Positions 1 through 11,240 are shown, counted from the stretch's first letter. The stretch is 64,000 nt of DNA from an uncultured Rivularia sp. (GCA_963665115.1 OY762007.1:4480001-4544000); one strand, 5' to 3'. Notes: generated by a model not told the origin, from the letters alone. Made by a program: numbers and translations.

Positions 1-280
1 TATTTCTATTTTAAAAAATGTTTTACAACTGCTATGACCTGTTCTTTTATAAGCAATTATAATGAATAAAATTAACAGTATTGTTCTTATAAGTCGAATT
101 TATCTTAATAATTATAAGTGTCAGAGAAAAAAATGGTTTCCTTTTAAAAAGAAAACCATCGTAAACGTGCAAAACAGCTATATTTTCTATTTCTACTACC
201 TAACCACATTAGTTTTTATTGGTTTGTAGTGAGGATTTTAATCCTCTGAAGGGGAGAGTCAATTTTACTACGAACCTTTA

Positions 281-592
281 TTATCGAGTATTGCGTTCGC
301 AAACTAAAACTTCTGCAAGTGATTCTGGTAAATCGCTAAGATCGGTATATCCTTCACAACCGCGAATAGGCGAGGCAAATGTATAGTTAGGGTCGCATTC
401 TGCGGTATCGTAAACTTGGAAGTACCACCGATCGGGAAAACCAGATACAGCAACTTCGATAATATACCAACTTTGACCAATGAGGCGACAATCAATGACT
501 GTAAACCAGTCTCTATATTCGTCTGCGATGTTCCATTCGTTAAGAATAAATTCTACAGCAATTTTCTCTGCCTCATTCGCCGTCAATTGCAT
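281..592 (-). CDS. conserved hypothetical protein (103 aa)
   Basis: ATG ORF directly downstream of the 595..849 ORF; acidic/aromatic composition; no recognisable motif. Confidence 0.7.
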   Translation of the reverse strand: MQLTANEAEKIAVEFILNEWNIADEYRDWFTVIDCRLIGQSWYIIEVAVSGFPDRWYFQVYDTAECDPNYTFASPIRGCEGYTDLSDLPESLAEVLVCERNTR

Positions 593-594
593 TT

Positions 595-849
595 TTACTC
601 CTTATTTGTAACTTCAGGGTAAAATCCTAATTCTTTGGATAATTCTTTGGCAACGTGGATTAAAAACTTTGCACCTTCTTCATTTCCGTTATGTGCAAAT
701 GATGTTGCAACCTGCATAATTGATTTGATTAAATCCGCATCTACTAACTCAGAATTAGCTTGAATCAGTTCGGGTTCCTTACCATTTTCACATTTTAATA
801 ATTGGTCTATCAAACTATAGTATTGATTCTGACGTTCTTCTGAAGACAT
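595..849 (-). CDS. small helical protein resembling the N-terminal module of cyanobacterial TPR-CHAT proteins
   Basis: MSSEERQNQYYSLIDQLLKCENGKEPELIQANSELVDADL...; start moved to ATG 849 to avoid overlap with the upstream gene. Confidence 0.65.
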   Translation of the reverse strand: MSSEERQNQYYSLIDQLLKCENGKEPELIQANSELVDADLIKSIMQVATSFAHNGNEEGAKFLIHVAKELSKELGFYPEVTNKE

Positions 850-866
850 AATTTTTTTTAGATTTA

Positions 867-1286
867 CTACTTTTCGAGACTTTGCTGCCATAATTTTTCC
901 AACATTTCTACTTGCTGTTGAAAAAGGTTAGCGCGATAAACTAAATATCTATCGTAAAGATAAATTGCTGTTCCAATACAGAATGGTACAAATAAAAAAA
1001 TCCATCTCCATGAATTACGAATTTGATATTTATCTGATAAATTTAGCTTTTTTTCGTTTGAATTTAGATGCAGCTTTGAATAATCGTTATTTATAAGAGA
1101 ACTAGTTTGTAGCGAAGACGCAGAATATTCATTATTGATAGTTTGGCTATAAGAAATATTCTGCTGCGTTTTGACAAACTCTAAATGCTTTTCCCATACC
1201 ACACCAAATACTGTAGCCGCTGGTAAGAGTAAGGCTAAAGTAATTAAACAAACAGCACATACATTGACAAGCTTTGAATTCATCAT
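867..1286 (-). CDS. hypothetical membrane protein (two hydrophobic helices)
   Basis: N-terminal and C-terminal hydrophobic segments in a 139-aa ORF. Confidence 0.65.
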   Translation of the reverse strand: MMNSKLVNVCAVCLITLALLLPAATVFGVVWEKHLEFVKTQQNISYSQTINNEYSASSLQTSSLINNDYSKLHLNSNEKKLNLSDKYQIRNSWRWIFLFVPFCIGTAIYLYDRYLVYRANLFQQQVEMLEKLWQQSLEK

Positions 1287-2140
1287 GGCTTTTATTTCTT
1301 ACATCACACGAAGCCAGTGAAAAGTATGCCTATAGCAATAATTTGTAGACTTTTGTAAATCCTATAAATTAATTAATATAATTGCGTTCGCCCAAGAAGA
1401 TTATCAACGTAAAGGGGGCTTAGCAATACAGAATCCGGCTTTAAATAGAGGATTTTAAGAAGCCCCCCCGAAAAAACGGGGGGGTAGAGGGGAATCTCTG
1501 CGTAAATCCTATACAAGTTATATCAGTCAGCAAATGAGTAATCACTCAAGGCGATCGCCCTTGAATTTATTAAACTAATTACGGTTGTACTCAAATACCT
1601 GTAATCCAATCATAATAACGATTTAATATTTTTTTTGGGTACGGGTTCTGGTATTTTAAGGTAGGGGTGCTGGTACTCATGAAGTGAGGTTCTAGCATTT
1701 TTGTACTCACTATTCATTAAATAACTAGACATTTAAAATGCTGCAATTTCTTTGTAGTCGGGAATTTTGATAGTTATGTTTTAACCTAAAATATAGATAT
1801 GTATTGGTTTTTACAGAACTTCTGATAATATTTAATTAATCAAAACTTGAATTAATCGCATATAGCACTCCTTAATGTTGAAGTAAGAATTTAGAAACCC
1901 GATTTTTTTAAAAAACTGGGTTTTTAGTGTTTCAACTTGTTGAAAATAATGTAGGATTACTATAGATACTTTGTTTTGTTATAAAGTTTTTCAAAAATTT
2001 TGGTACGATGATAGAAAAAATGTGAAAATATTTAGGTTTTTGCTTTAAACTTCTTAATATAAAAATTATCCAAAAGTATAAGATCAATAATTTATTTATA
2101 GATAAATAATTAGTAATCAATTCACAAAGGGTAGCAAGAA

Positions 2141-3101
2141 ATGCGAATAGCCAGTGATGTCACACAACTTATCGGTAGAACTCCATTAGTTGAATTAAAT
2201 AAAATTCCTCAAGAAGCAGGATGTCTCGCCAGAATTGTGGTGAAACTAGAAGGAATGAACCCCGCAGCTTCGGTAAAAGATCGTATTGCTGCGAATATGG
2301 TTAAAACAGCACAAGAACAAGGTTTAATTAAACCTGGAAAAAGCATTTTAGTGGAACCAACATCCGGTAATACGGGAATTGGATTGGCTATGGTGGCTGC
2401 TGCACTTGGCTATAAATTGATTTTGACAATGCCTGAAAGCATGAGTTTAGAAAGACGAGCCATGCTTAAAGCTTATGGTGCGAGTTTGGAATTAACCCCA
2501 GCCCAAGGAGGAATGCGCGGGGCAATTTCTAAAGCCGAAGAAATCGTGGCTAATACGGAAAATGCCTTTATGTTGCAGCAATTCCAAAATCCAGCCAATC
2601 CCCAAATTCATCGCGAAACTACCGCAGAAGAGATTTGGGAAGATACGGATGGAGAAGTTGATTTTCTGATTGCTGGTGTTGGTACTGGTGGAACAATTAC
2701 CGGAATTGCCGAAGCAATCAAAGAGCGCAAACCCAGTTTTCAAGTAGTTGCGGTAGAACCTAAAAACAGTCCCGTCTTGGGTGGTGGACAAGCGGGGGCC
2801 ACATAAAATTCAAGGTATAGGTGCCGGATTTATCCCAGATGTTCTACGTAAAGATTTGATTGATGAAATAGTTACCGTCACCGATGAAGAATCAATGGCG
2901 ATGGGAAGACGTTTGGCGAAAGAGGAAGGAATATTATCTGGTATTTCCTCCGGTGCGGCATTATGTGCGGCGATTGAAATAGGTAAGCGCCCAGAAAATA
3001 AAGGACGCTTGATTGTGATGATTCAGCCTTCCTTTGGGGAAAGATATTTGAGTACCCCGATGTTCCAAGATTTAGGTAAAGAAGTTGCTACGGTTGGGTA
3101 A
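2141..3101 (+). CDS. cysK: cysteine synthase A; apparent +1 frameshift at G run 2794-2798
   Basis: SVKDR PLP lysine motif, [15 protein letters not shown], then [11 protein letters not shown] in the next frame. Confidence 0.95.
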
Positions 3102-3433
3102 GTAAACCATATTTTGACCTCTCTCCAAACCTCTCTTTTAGTAGGAGAGAGGCTTTGACTAGTTTGTAGCTTGTAGGTTGTAGGTTGGGTTAGACACGAA
3201 AATAAATGAGTTTATTAAGATAACTTAAATTCCGAAGTGTCGTAACCCAACATTTTTTACGATCAATTCAATATACTTGCATTATCTACAAATCACGATC
3301 TTGGTTATGCGGAAATTGAAATTAAGATGCGCTGAAGCGCTACTACGAACCTTTAACAAGCAAAAAAAATCTCCCATCAAGGGAGAAAATGAAGTCTATT
3401 AGAAAATGATATTAATCAAAAAGTCTTTTTGAA

Positions 3434-4618
3434 TTAAACTAATTCGATATTTGAAGATTTGCGCTTGCGTTTTAATGAAGAAGCAACCAAGCCGCTTACC
3501 GCAACTAAGCCTAAAATAGAACCAGATTCGGGTACTTTTCTTTTGACTGTCTTTACTTTTTTGTCTACTAAAAATGAAACATCATCGATTCCATTTGTAC
3601 CCTTACTATAGTAAGAAACCGTGATTTGCTCACCTGCAACCACATCTAACTCACGTTCATACTCAGTCCAAGAAGTATCGGTTGAATAAATAACCTCATT
3701 CAAAAGGCTTCCTGATTCCGTACCATCTATTTTTACACGCATTCCAGACCAATCACTCATGTTAAAGGTAGCATAATCGAAGGAAAATAATGCATTTGTT
3801 TCAATATTTTCTGCAAGTGTAAAAGTCTGACTAATACCCGCCGCGTCCGATGTGCTATGCCCTGCGAAAAAATTACCAGTTCCTAAACCATCAGTACCCA
3901 TGGTATCTACATTACTGTATCCTTGTTGCTTTAACCAAGAATGACGGGTATAAGCGTCACTAACTTCCCAGTCTGAATACTGTAACTGATAAGATGCATA
4001 ATCATATCTACCATTTCCATTTTGACCTCGAAGATTACTTCTTGTCTCTTCAAATTCACCATTGCTAATCATATTAAAAGATGTCGCATGGGCTTGTCCT
4101 TGAAGTGCGCCAAAACCCACAACTAAACCAACGGTGGCAATTCCTAAGTTTTTAACAAAACCACTGACAGCAGCTAAATCCAAGGTAGAAGTAGGCTTAT
4201 CACCAAAATCTGTAACTCTTCGATCGCAGAAATCATTTTTCAATTGAGTATTTTGATTAAAACTGCCATCAGGTGTTATTAGCTTGTTAAGCTTCTCCTG
4301 TTTAATCTTTATCTCATTTTGTATACATATTTTTTCCTGAAGAAGTCGATTTTGCTCCTTGTTGTTTCCGTTATTTTTAGCTTCTAGAATTTGTGTATTT
4401 ATATTTCTTGTATCTTTCTGAAATTTTGAAATTTCTTTTTTAAGTTTTTGAGATTCTTCAATGCCATTGTCTAAAAATTGATTATCCTCAGTTGCTACAC
4501 CAACATTTACTTGATCAAAGTCTACGGTTGTTGATTTTAATGCTTGAGCGGGATTTGCAACAGCTTTTACAGCAGTAGCTGATAATCCATGAGTATTTAA
4601 GGACTTACTAAATGTCAT
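3434..4618 (-). CDS. PEP-CTERM (cyanoexosortase-type) surface protein with long N-terminal extension
   Basis: C-terminal VPESGSILGL-TM-KRKRK; internal signal-like segment ending QAHA. Confidence 0.8.
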   Translation of the reverse strand: MTFSKSLNTHGLSATAVKAVANPAQALKSTTVDFDQVNVGVATEDNQFLDNGIEESQKLKKEISKFQKDTRNINTQILEAKNNGNNKEQNRLLQEKICIQNEIKIKQEKLNKLITPDGSFNQNTQLKNDFCDRRVTDFGDKPTSTLDLAAVSGFVKNLGIATVGLVVGFGALQGQAHATSFNMISNGEFEETRSNLRGQNGNGRYDYASYQLQYSDWEVSDAYTRHSWLKQQGYSNVDTMGTDGLGTGNFFAGHSTSDAAGISQTFTLAENIETNALFSFDYATFNMSDWSGMRVKIDGTESGSLLNEVIYSTDTSWTEYERELDVVAGEQITVSYYSKGTNGIDDVSFLVDKKVKTVKRKVPESGSILGLVAVSGLVASSLKRKRKSSNIELV

Positions 4619-4960
4619 TTATTTAAAACCTTCTCTTTAATGTGCATACTAATCTATTACTTAATCAGTTATAAGTGTTTTAATTCGTAAATAGGTTAGG
4701 GAGGAATGAACAATTGTTCAAAGTTATAGATATTTCAATTGAAGCTAAAGTAAAGGTGCTAGGTTTAAATACTAATATTAAAGTAGATGTGACCAAACTT
4801 ATCTAAGTATTTAAGGTTAACCAAGCTAATGCATAATATTATCTAAGTGATATCAGTTAGTAGAGATTGTTTTATCAAAGAAAAAACCCCTTTATGAGGG
4901 GTGGATAAGGAGATTACAAAAGCGATTTTGTTAAAAAACTTTGTTATAAATCAGTTTGGT

Positions 4961-5845
4961 TTATTTAGACGAGCGTTTGCGTTTAATTGAAGCTACAGCA
5001 ACGCTTCCGAAGATTAAGCTCAATATCGAAGTTGGTTCTGGTACTTTTTTCTTAATTGTGCGTTCGTAATCTAAATAAGTCACCGCTCCACTTCCAGGTA
5101 AGGTGATATCAAGCTGTTTAATATTTTGTGAAAAATCAAATTCGTATTCTCTGAGGGAGTTATTACCTTTGAGAGCTTTACCTCGCCAATCTTTACTCAA
5201 CAAAGTAACCATCGGATCTTTTTCGTCAGCATCTTCTCCGAACTTAAACTGTTGAGTAGTATTATCCAGGAAAGTGAAGTTGAATATAGGTACACCGGGG
5301 TCATCAAAATCTAATAAACCTATATTATTAAAATCAACACCTTTTTCATCGGTAAAATTGAATGAAATCACACCTCCTCCAGCTTGATCGTCTGGTGCGT
5401 TTTTATTTTCTTGAATTATCAATACTTTTCCTTGCTCGGGAGAATCGTATTTAATCAACTTATTATTACTTGCTCTGTATTTACCTTTCCCGGTTGCTAA
5501 ATCTGGGTCATCACCAGTACAAATATTAGTAAATCCATTCTTCGATACACCTTGCCGCTTACCGTTGGCTTTAGCTCTACAGTTACTTTCGTACAGCCAT
5601 AATTCCTTAACACTCGAATCCATTTCTAAACCATAGTCGGCCCAAAGATTATCAAGTTTAGGGCCACCTGTTAAAGGATTTTTACCAACACCAACCTGTT
5701 CGTCGAAATCAACAACCACATCTTTGTGAACTTCTACATATTCATTTTTCATACTTGCTGCTTGTGCGGAGTTATTTCCGAAAGTGCCTGACGCAGCAAT
5801 TAAAGTTCCGGCAGATAAAATTGATAATTTCTTTAAATTTAGCAT
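4961..5845 (-). CDS. PEP-CTERM sorting-domain protein
   Basis: Signal peptide ending AQA; C-terminal VPEPTSIL-TM-KRKR. Confidence 0.9.
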   Translation of the reverse strand: MLNLKKLSILSAGTLIAASGTFGNNSAQAASMKNEYVEVHKDVVVDFDEQVGVGKNPLTGGPKLDNLWADYGLEMDSSVKELWLYESNCRAKANGKRQGVSKNGFTNICTGDDPDLATGKGKYRASNNKLIKYDSPEQGKVLIIQENKNAPDDQAGGGVISFNFTDEKGVDFNNIGLLDFDDPGVPIFNFTFLDNTTQQFKFGEDADEKDPMVTLLSKDWRGKALKGNNSLREYEFDFSQNIKQLDITLPGSGAVTYLDYERTIKKKVPEPTSILSLIFGSVAVASIKRKRSSK

Positions 5846-6116
5846 CCTGTTTTTTTATCTCGAAGGTGAATAAGTTAATTAGATTTGTTTTTCTATATCA
5901 GTGATAAGTGATTTCAACTGTCAGTAGTTAAACTGACAGCAAATCTTCTATCAATAAGTAAGTAGATTTGTTTGAAGTTATGATGAGCTTTCTCAGTGTT
6001 AGTACTGACTAATATGCTGAAAGCTGCTTTTGTCATGGGTATTGATAAAAGATTCTCCGGTTTGTAGTCAGGACTTTAGTCCTCAAGGAAGAAGGGCTAA
6101 AGCCCTGACTACGAAG

Positions 6117-7268
6117 CTATGATGAACGAAATAACACTCTTCCGGGGAAAATTTCGTCGTTGATTTTGGCGTAAACTCGCAGACAAGCGGAAACTTCTCC
6201 GGGTATACCTCCGCTTTCTATTTGTAAGTCGTCTTTTGAAAAGGGGTAAACATCTGCATAGGTTCCCCATAAAGGACGAATCTGGACGCTTATTCCTGCT
6301 TGACGCGCTTGTTGTGCTGCTGTTTCTAAAGTGCGACGTGCCTCTTGTTGCAATTTTCCCCACCAGGAAAAGCGATCGACGCATGGTAAATAAGTTAATG
6401 AATGTATCGCTTCGTCTAAGTCAAGTCTGGCACGCAAGCTTGTTAATCTATCAGTATTAAAAGTTACCTTAGCCCTGTGGAAGCGTTCTATAAGAGCGGC
6501 GATATACTTAGGTTTATCCGTTGAGTTTAGCGAGCGAACGCCGAATCTATCCACACTTCTTAAAGCATGGTATAAATGCGGGTCTTGTTCGATAAATTTA
6601 AGATATATAGAAACAATGGCGGCAAGGATATCAAGTTCGCTACCGCTTCTTTGAGTTTGTAGTCGCTCGTCAAAATTAGTTGTATTGGAAAAGCACAATC
6701 CTGAAGCTTGAATATTATCTTTTAAACCTGAGTAGATATGTTGGGGAGTCGGAAATGGAAGCTGCTGTAAAGAAACTTTATCTTCCGTTGCACCTAGTAT
6801 AATTGCTTGGTTGAGAATTTGCGATCGCGCTATCTGAGCTTGTTTTTCAGGTACCCGCAAAAGCAGTCGCTGCATTTCATTCCAAAGTTGAGCATCATCA
6901 GTACCGTGAAACTGATATTCGCCGATGTACTGCGATAGTTCTTTGTTAGAAACTAAATTTTGAGTAATTGGTTTGAGTTTAACCTGGGTAAGAGTTTGCG
7001 GTAATTGTGGTTTGTTCTCAAGTTGCTTTGATACTGGCTCTAAGATATCTTCCCAGGTGGGAATTTCCTCTGTATTATTACTTTGATTTTGAGCTTCTAA
7101 AATTACATTTAATTCTTGCAAAAGTTGCCGACAAGCATCGCTTCCAGGGTCAGAAACTTCTGTTTTCAAAGCTTCTTGTAACTCGGTTCGCAATCCTAAT
7201 AGTTTTAACCGCAGTAACCAAGCTAACTTTGAATCTTGAGTATTTAGTAGTTTTTTAAAGTTGGGCAT
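6117..7268 (-). CDS. hypothetical protein (383 aa)
   Basis: Long ATG ORF; helical N-terminus and beta-rich C-terminus (GEVSACLRVYAKINDEIFPGRVLF). Confidence 0.75.
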   Translation of the reverse strand: MPNFKKLLNTQDSKLAWLLRLKLLGLRTELQEALKTEVSDPGSDACRQLLQELNVILEAQNQSNNTEEIPTWEDILEPVSKQLENKPQLPQTLTQVKLKPITQNLVSNKELSQYIGEYQFHGTDDAQLWNEMQRLLLRVPEKQAQIARSQILNQAIILGATEDKVSLQQLPFPTPQHIYSGLKDNIQASGLCFSNTTNFDERLQTQRSGSELDILAAIVSIYLKFIEQDPHLYHALRSVDRFGVRSLNSTDKPKYIAALIERFHRAKVTFNTDRLTSLRARLDLDEAIHSLTYLPCVDRFSWWGKLQQEARRTLETAAQQARQAGISVQIRPLWGTYADVYPFSKDDLQIESGGIPGEVSACLRVYAKINDEIFPGRVLFRSS

Positions 7269-7501
7269 GGGAAATTGGGCATTGAGAATAGGTTTGAATT
7301 TTTTTATGTTTATTTTAATTTCTCACTTACTAACTAATTGATGAGTCAATTCTCATATTTACAAGTATGATATGCGGTTACAGAGATAATTTTGATAAAA
7401 AACTGAAGAAATTTTTCCGTAAATGCTAGCCAAAATAGATATTTGATTTAGAATATGTGAACTGTTTCAATAATATTACTGTTATCAAAGCAGTCAATAA
7501 T

Positions 7502-8671
7502 ATGAAAATTATACGCTTAGTTTGTACAATATTAGTTTGGATTACTGTAGTAAAAACGACACAAGCTACTGCAACTCCAATAAAGCAGAATGAAGAATCG
7601 ATAAAAAGCTTTGCTCAATGGTGCAATCAGAAATTAACTTTACCCAAAGATACGAAGCATACAGTTGAGGTTTTGTTAAAAAAAGCTGCTACTCAAGATT
7701 GCGTAAAAGCCGAGAAAAAGTTGAAAAAACTAACTAAACTCAATCTTGGTGAAAATCAGATCCGCGATTTGTCACCACTTGCCCGATTAACTAATTTAAG
7801 TTGGCTTCAGCTTAATGGAAATGAAATTAGCAATATTAAGCCGCTTGCTGAGTTGACTAATTTGAACGTACTTATGCTTGATAATAATAAAATTAGCGAC
7901 ATTAAACCTATTGCTAAATTGACTAATCTGACAGCAATTGTACTTATAAATAATCAAATCAGCGACATAAAACCCCTTTCTAAATTAACTAATTTAAATT
8001 TGCTTAATTTGAGTAAAAATAAAGTTAGCGACATTACACCTCTTACTAAGTTGCCTAATTTGACTCAACTTTTCCTAGGAGGGAATAAAATTAGCGACAT
8101 TAAACCTCTTGGTGGATTGACTAATTTGAATACGCTTAGGCTTGGGGGAAATCAGGTGGGTGACATCGAACCCCTTTCTAAATTGACTAATTTGAATTCG
8201 CTCTATCTTAGTAAAAATAAAATTAGCGACATTAAGCCTCTTTCCCGGTTGACTAAAGTGCCTGTACTTCACCTTAAAGGAAATAAAATTAGCGACTTAT
8301 CGCCGCTTGCTGAATTGACTAATTTGGATTGGCTCGATCTTGATGAAAATCAAATTAGCGATCTATCACCCCTTGCTGGGTTGACAAATTTGAATACGCT
8401 TAGGCTTAATGAAAATCAAATTAGCGATACTAAGCCTCTTACTAAGTTGCCTAATTTGACTGTACTTTACCTTAATAAAAATCAAATTAGCGATACTAAG
8501 CCTCTTGCAGCATTGAATAAGTTAATTTGGCTTGAGCTTGAAGAAAATCAAATAGGCAATATCAAACCTCTTACTCAATTAACTAATTTAACAAAACTTA
8601 GGCTTCGGGAAAATCAGATTAAAAACGCAACTTGTCCCATTAAGCCAGAATCTATATGTGAGTTTCAATAG
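7502..8671 (+). CDS. secreted internalin-like leucine-rich repeat protein
   Basis: Signal peptide, cysteine-containing cap (FAQWC...QDC), about 14 22-residue repeats LxxLxLxxNxISDIxPLxxL. Confidence 0.92.
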   Translation: MKIIRLVCTILVWITVVKTTQATATPIKQNEESIKSFAQWCNQKLTLPKDTKHTVEVLLKKAATQDCVKAEKKLKKLTKLNLGENQIRDLSPLARLTNLSWLQLNGNEISNIKPLAELTNLNVLMLDNNKISDIKPIAKLTNLTAIVLINNQISDIKPLSKLTNLNLLNLSKNKVSDITPLTKLPNLTQLFLGGNKISDIKPLGGLTNLNTLRLGGNQVGDIEPLSKLTNLNSLYLSKNKISDIKPLSRLTKVPVLHLKGNKISDLSPLAELTNLDWLDLDENQISDLSPLAGLTNLNTLRLNENQISDTKPLTKLPNLTVLYLNKNQISDTKPLAALNKLIWLELEENQIGNIKPLTQLTNLTKLRLRENQIKNATCPIKPESICEFQ

Positions 8672-8700
8672 CTTTTCTATTTTGCTTTTTTTATAAATTC

Positions 8701-9715
8701 CTAATCCTTAAACCTAAATTTTACTAATACGGGTAAATGATCTGAAGCTTGCTTCACTTCATCAACTATTCTCCATTCGCTTACTTCTATATTATTAGGA
8801 GTATAAAAAACGTAATCTAATTTGACTTTAGGTTTATCCGATGGAAAAGTAGCAATTTCGGGATTATTTAACGCTTCTGGTGGTAAAGCCGATTTAATTG
8901 AAGCAGTTTTTAATAAAATATCAACAGTTGGTTGTGGATTTTCTGGTATTGGAGGAACGGTACTATTAAAATCACCTACTAACAATACCGGATGTTCATC
9001 AACGTATTCTGAGAGCAGCTTTTGAATATATTCAGTTTGTTTCTTTCGGGTTGGTGCGTCAAAGGCTTCTAAATGTACGTTTATTAAAATAACGGAACGA
9101 TTATTAACTTTAATTTCGCTTACCTGTGCGACTCTATCTAAATAAAAAGCGTTGTAAAAAAAAGGTTTGCTAGCAACTTTATCTAATACAATACGTTTAT
9201 TATTAGTGATGGGATAGCGACTTAATACAGCTTGTGCCGATAATATTCTCCTAAAATGAGCGGAAAATGGAAAGTAGGGAAATGGTACGTAAGTTTTATC
9301 CCAATTAATTGTTATTGCTGCTTGATTAAAAGAAAGCGCTTTTGCTAATTCAGAAACTTGATTAACTTTAAAAGAACGTTTGGAACCTAAATCAATTTCT
9401 TGAAAACCGATAAAATCAGGATTAAGTGGTTTGAGCGCATCGATAACAGTTTTTAAATTCTCATCAAACAGCTTTTTCTCTCTATCGACAGCTAGATTGT
9501 TAGTTAATCCAGAAAGATAACCGAGATTGTAAGTAATTAGCGTAAATTCATCTTTATTAGTTGGTGCAAAAGTTGGGTAATCTACAATTTCCGCATACTT
9601 GTTACGGGGATAAGCGTTAGAAACTAGCCCAAAAATAGAAGATAAATACAGCGAATATTACCACCCCTAAAATGGTTCCGCCAATTTTGAGTAAAGTTGG
9701 GAGAAGATTTTCCAT
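8701..9715 (-). CDS. endonuclease/exonuclease/phosphatase (EEP) family protein with N-terminal membrane anchor; apparent +1 frameshift near 9621
   Basis: Manual translation: MENLLPTLLKIGG...TM; TYNLGYL, GFQEID, VHL, GDFN, LDYVF, SDHLP motifs. Confidence 0.85.
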
Positions 9716-9994
9716 TTAATCAATTCTTAAAAGTTTATCCCCAAATATTGTTGGTGAATTATTCTTATCAATAATCTTGAAAGCAGTACACCAGTAGCGA
9801 ATAGAGCGCACCATATTTTTACCAACACCTAAACGTACAGGAGCATCATCCTGCAAGACAATTCCTGGTTTTTTGTAACTGCATCAAATCCTTTTTTTCA
9901 ACCAGCCAAAACGACGGTGAAAAGTTTCATGATTTGCGAAAACTGGATTTACTGGATTCTCAAGATGTTTAAAATTTATAGAAGTTTGAATCAT
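9716..9994 (-). pseudogene. truncated DUF4007 (SspB-like) fragment
   Basis: Manual translation FANHETFHRRFGWLKKGFDA...QDDAPVRLGVGKNMVRSIRYWC; internal stop/indels; ends after about 90 codons. Confidence 0.75.
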
Positions 9995-10230
9995 GCATGA
10001 CAAGACGGATATAATAGCAACCATCTTGGATATTATGACTCAAAGGTGACAATATTTAATTATTCAAATTTGAAATTATTTAAATTAAATGATTTTGACA
10101 AGACTTTTCGATTAATAACTGTGCATTGCGCTAACATCACAACACACCCTACAAAAATCTAAACCCACGCAAACGGGTTTTGCTCGTGTAGATGCGGTTG
10201 AAACCGCCAAATTCACCTAAAAATTAAAAA

Positions 10231-10303
10231 TGGACGATACTGGACTCGAACCAGTGACGTCCTGCTTGTAAGGCAGGCGCTCTACCAACTGAGCTAATCG
10301 TCC
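10231..10303 (-). tRNA. trnV: tRNA-Val(TAC)
   Basis: GGACGATTAGCTCAGTTGGTAGAGCG...CCTGC-CTTACAA-GCAGG...GGTTCGAGTCC...ATCGTCCA cloverleaf; CCA not encoded. Confidence 0.97.
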
Positions 10304-10630
10304 TTGTTGGCTCACTAGAAAATAAATATAGCAAACTTTTTTGTATAAAGCTAGTCTTTTGCAAACTTTTTTTTAAGATAATTTTCCTCATCGCTTGAAA
10401 CCCGCTCCGTACCTGAGATAATTCCCAAATAGTTTGGTAACAACTGGGATGGACATTCAGTGAGGTCTGAGTGTACCTTGTATCATGTCAGCTTATTAGT
10501 TATGATTCGGGCGTTAGAGAAACCCCAGCCTTCCACAGAGGGGACATTTAATTTATTTATAGGCTTTGTTCGTTGGTAATTGCCAATACTCAATTCCCTA
10601 TGCCCAATTCCCCATTCGCTAATTTTTATT

Positions 10631-11240
10631 ATGCCCTCCGGTCAAACTCACGATCGCATTACAATTTGGGCTTTACCATTTATTGCTGGTGTCGCTTTTT
10701 GGCAGACTCACAGCAGCAGCATCACTTTGATAATTGCTAGTGGGTTTATGTTTGGGGGATTAATGTTTGGCCCCGACTTAGACATTTATTCAATTCAGTT
10801 TCAACGCTGGGGTTACTTGCGCTTTATCTGGCTTCCGTATCAGAAAAGTCTTCGTCATCGTTCCTTTTTATCCCACGGCCCCGTTAATTGGAACAACCGT
10901 GCGGGTACTCTATTTGTGCGGCTTAATTACAGTCGCAGTAATTATTATTTTATTTATTGCCGAGAAATTATTAAATATGACTTTGAGTTGGCACGAAGTT
11001 GTTAAACATCTTTTGGATATCATCAATCTTCACAAAACGGAATTTCTCGCGTTGTTTGTGGGATTGGAACTAGGTGCAATGAGTCATTCCATAAGTGACT
11101 GGTCAAATTCCGCTTACAAGCGTTTTAAAAGAAAAGGTTTCGCGAGCTTACTACCCAAGAAGAAGCCAAAAAAACGTAAACCTATGACCAAATCCACCAC
11201 AACTCGTAGGAGCAAATCTAATGTTAAAAGGAGGAAGTAG
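10631..11240 (+). CDS. DUF2227 family putative metal-binding membrane protein; apparent +1 frameshift near 10885
   Basis: MPSGQTHDRIT, FGPDLD, HRSFLSHGP(V)IGT, GAMSHSISD. Confidence 0.85.

Noticed and set aside
1932..2120. 62-aa AT-rich ORF, and the many short antisense ORFs inside genes
   Set aside because: Low-complexity or shadow ORFs with no motif support.
2141..3101. Programmed frameshifting or phase variation in cysK and the other split genes
   Set aside because: Runs are short and all lesions are insertions across unrelated genes; sequencing error is more parsimonious.
10390..10550. GC-richer segment between tRNA-Val and the DUF2227 gene as an ncRNA
   Set aside because: Only one short hairpin and no family match; compatible with promoter/leader DNA.
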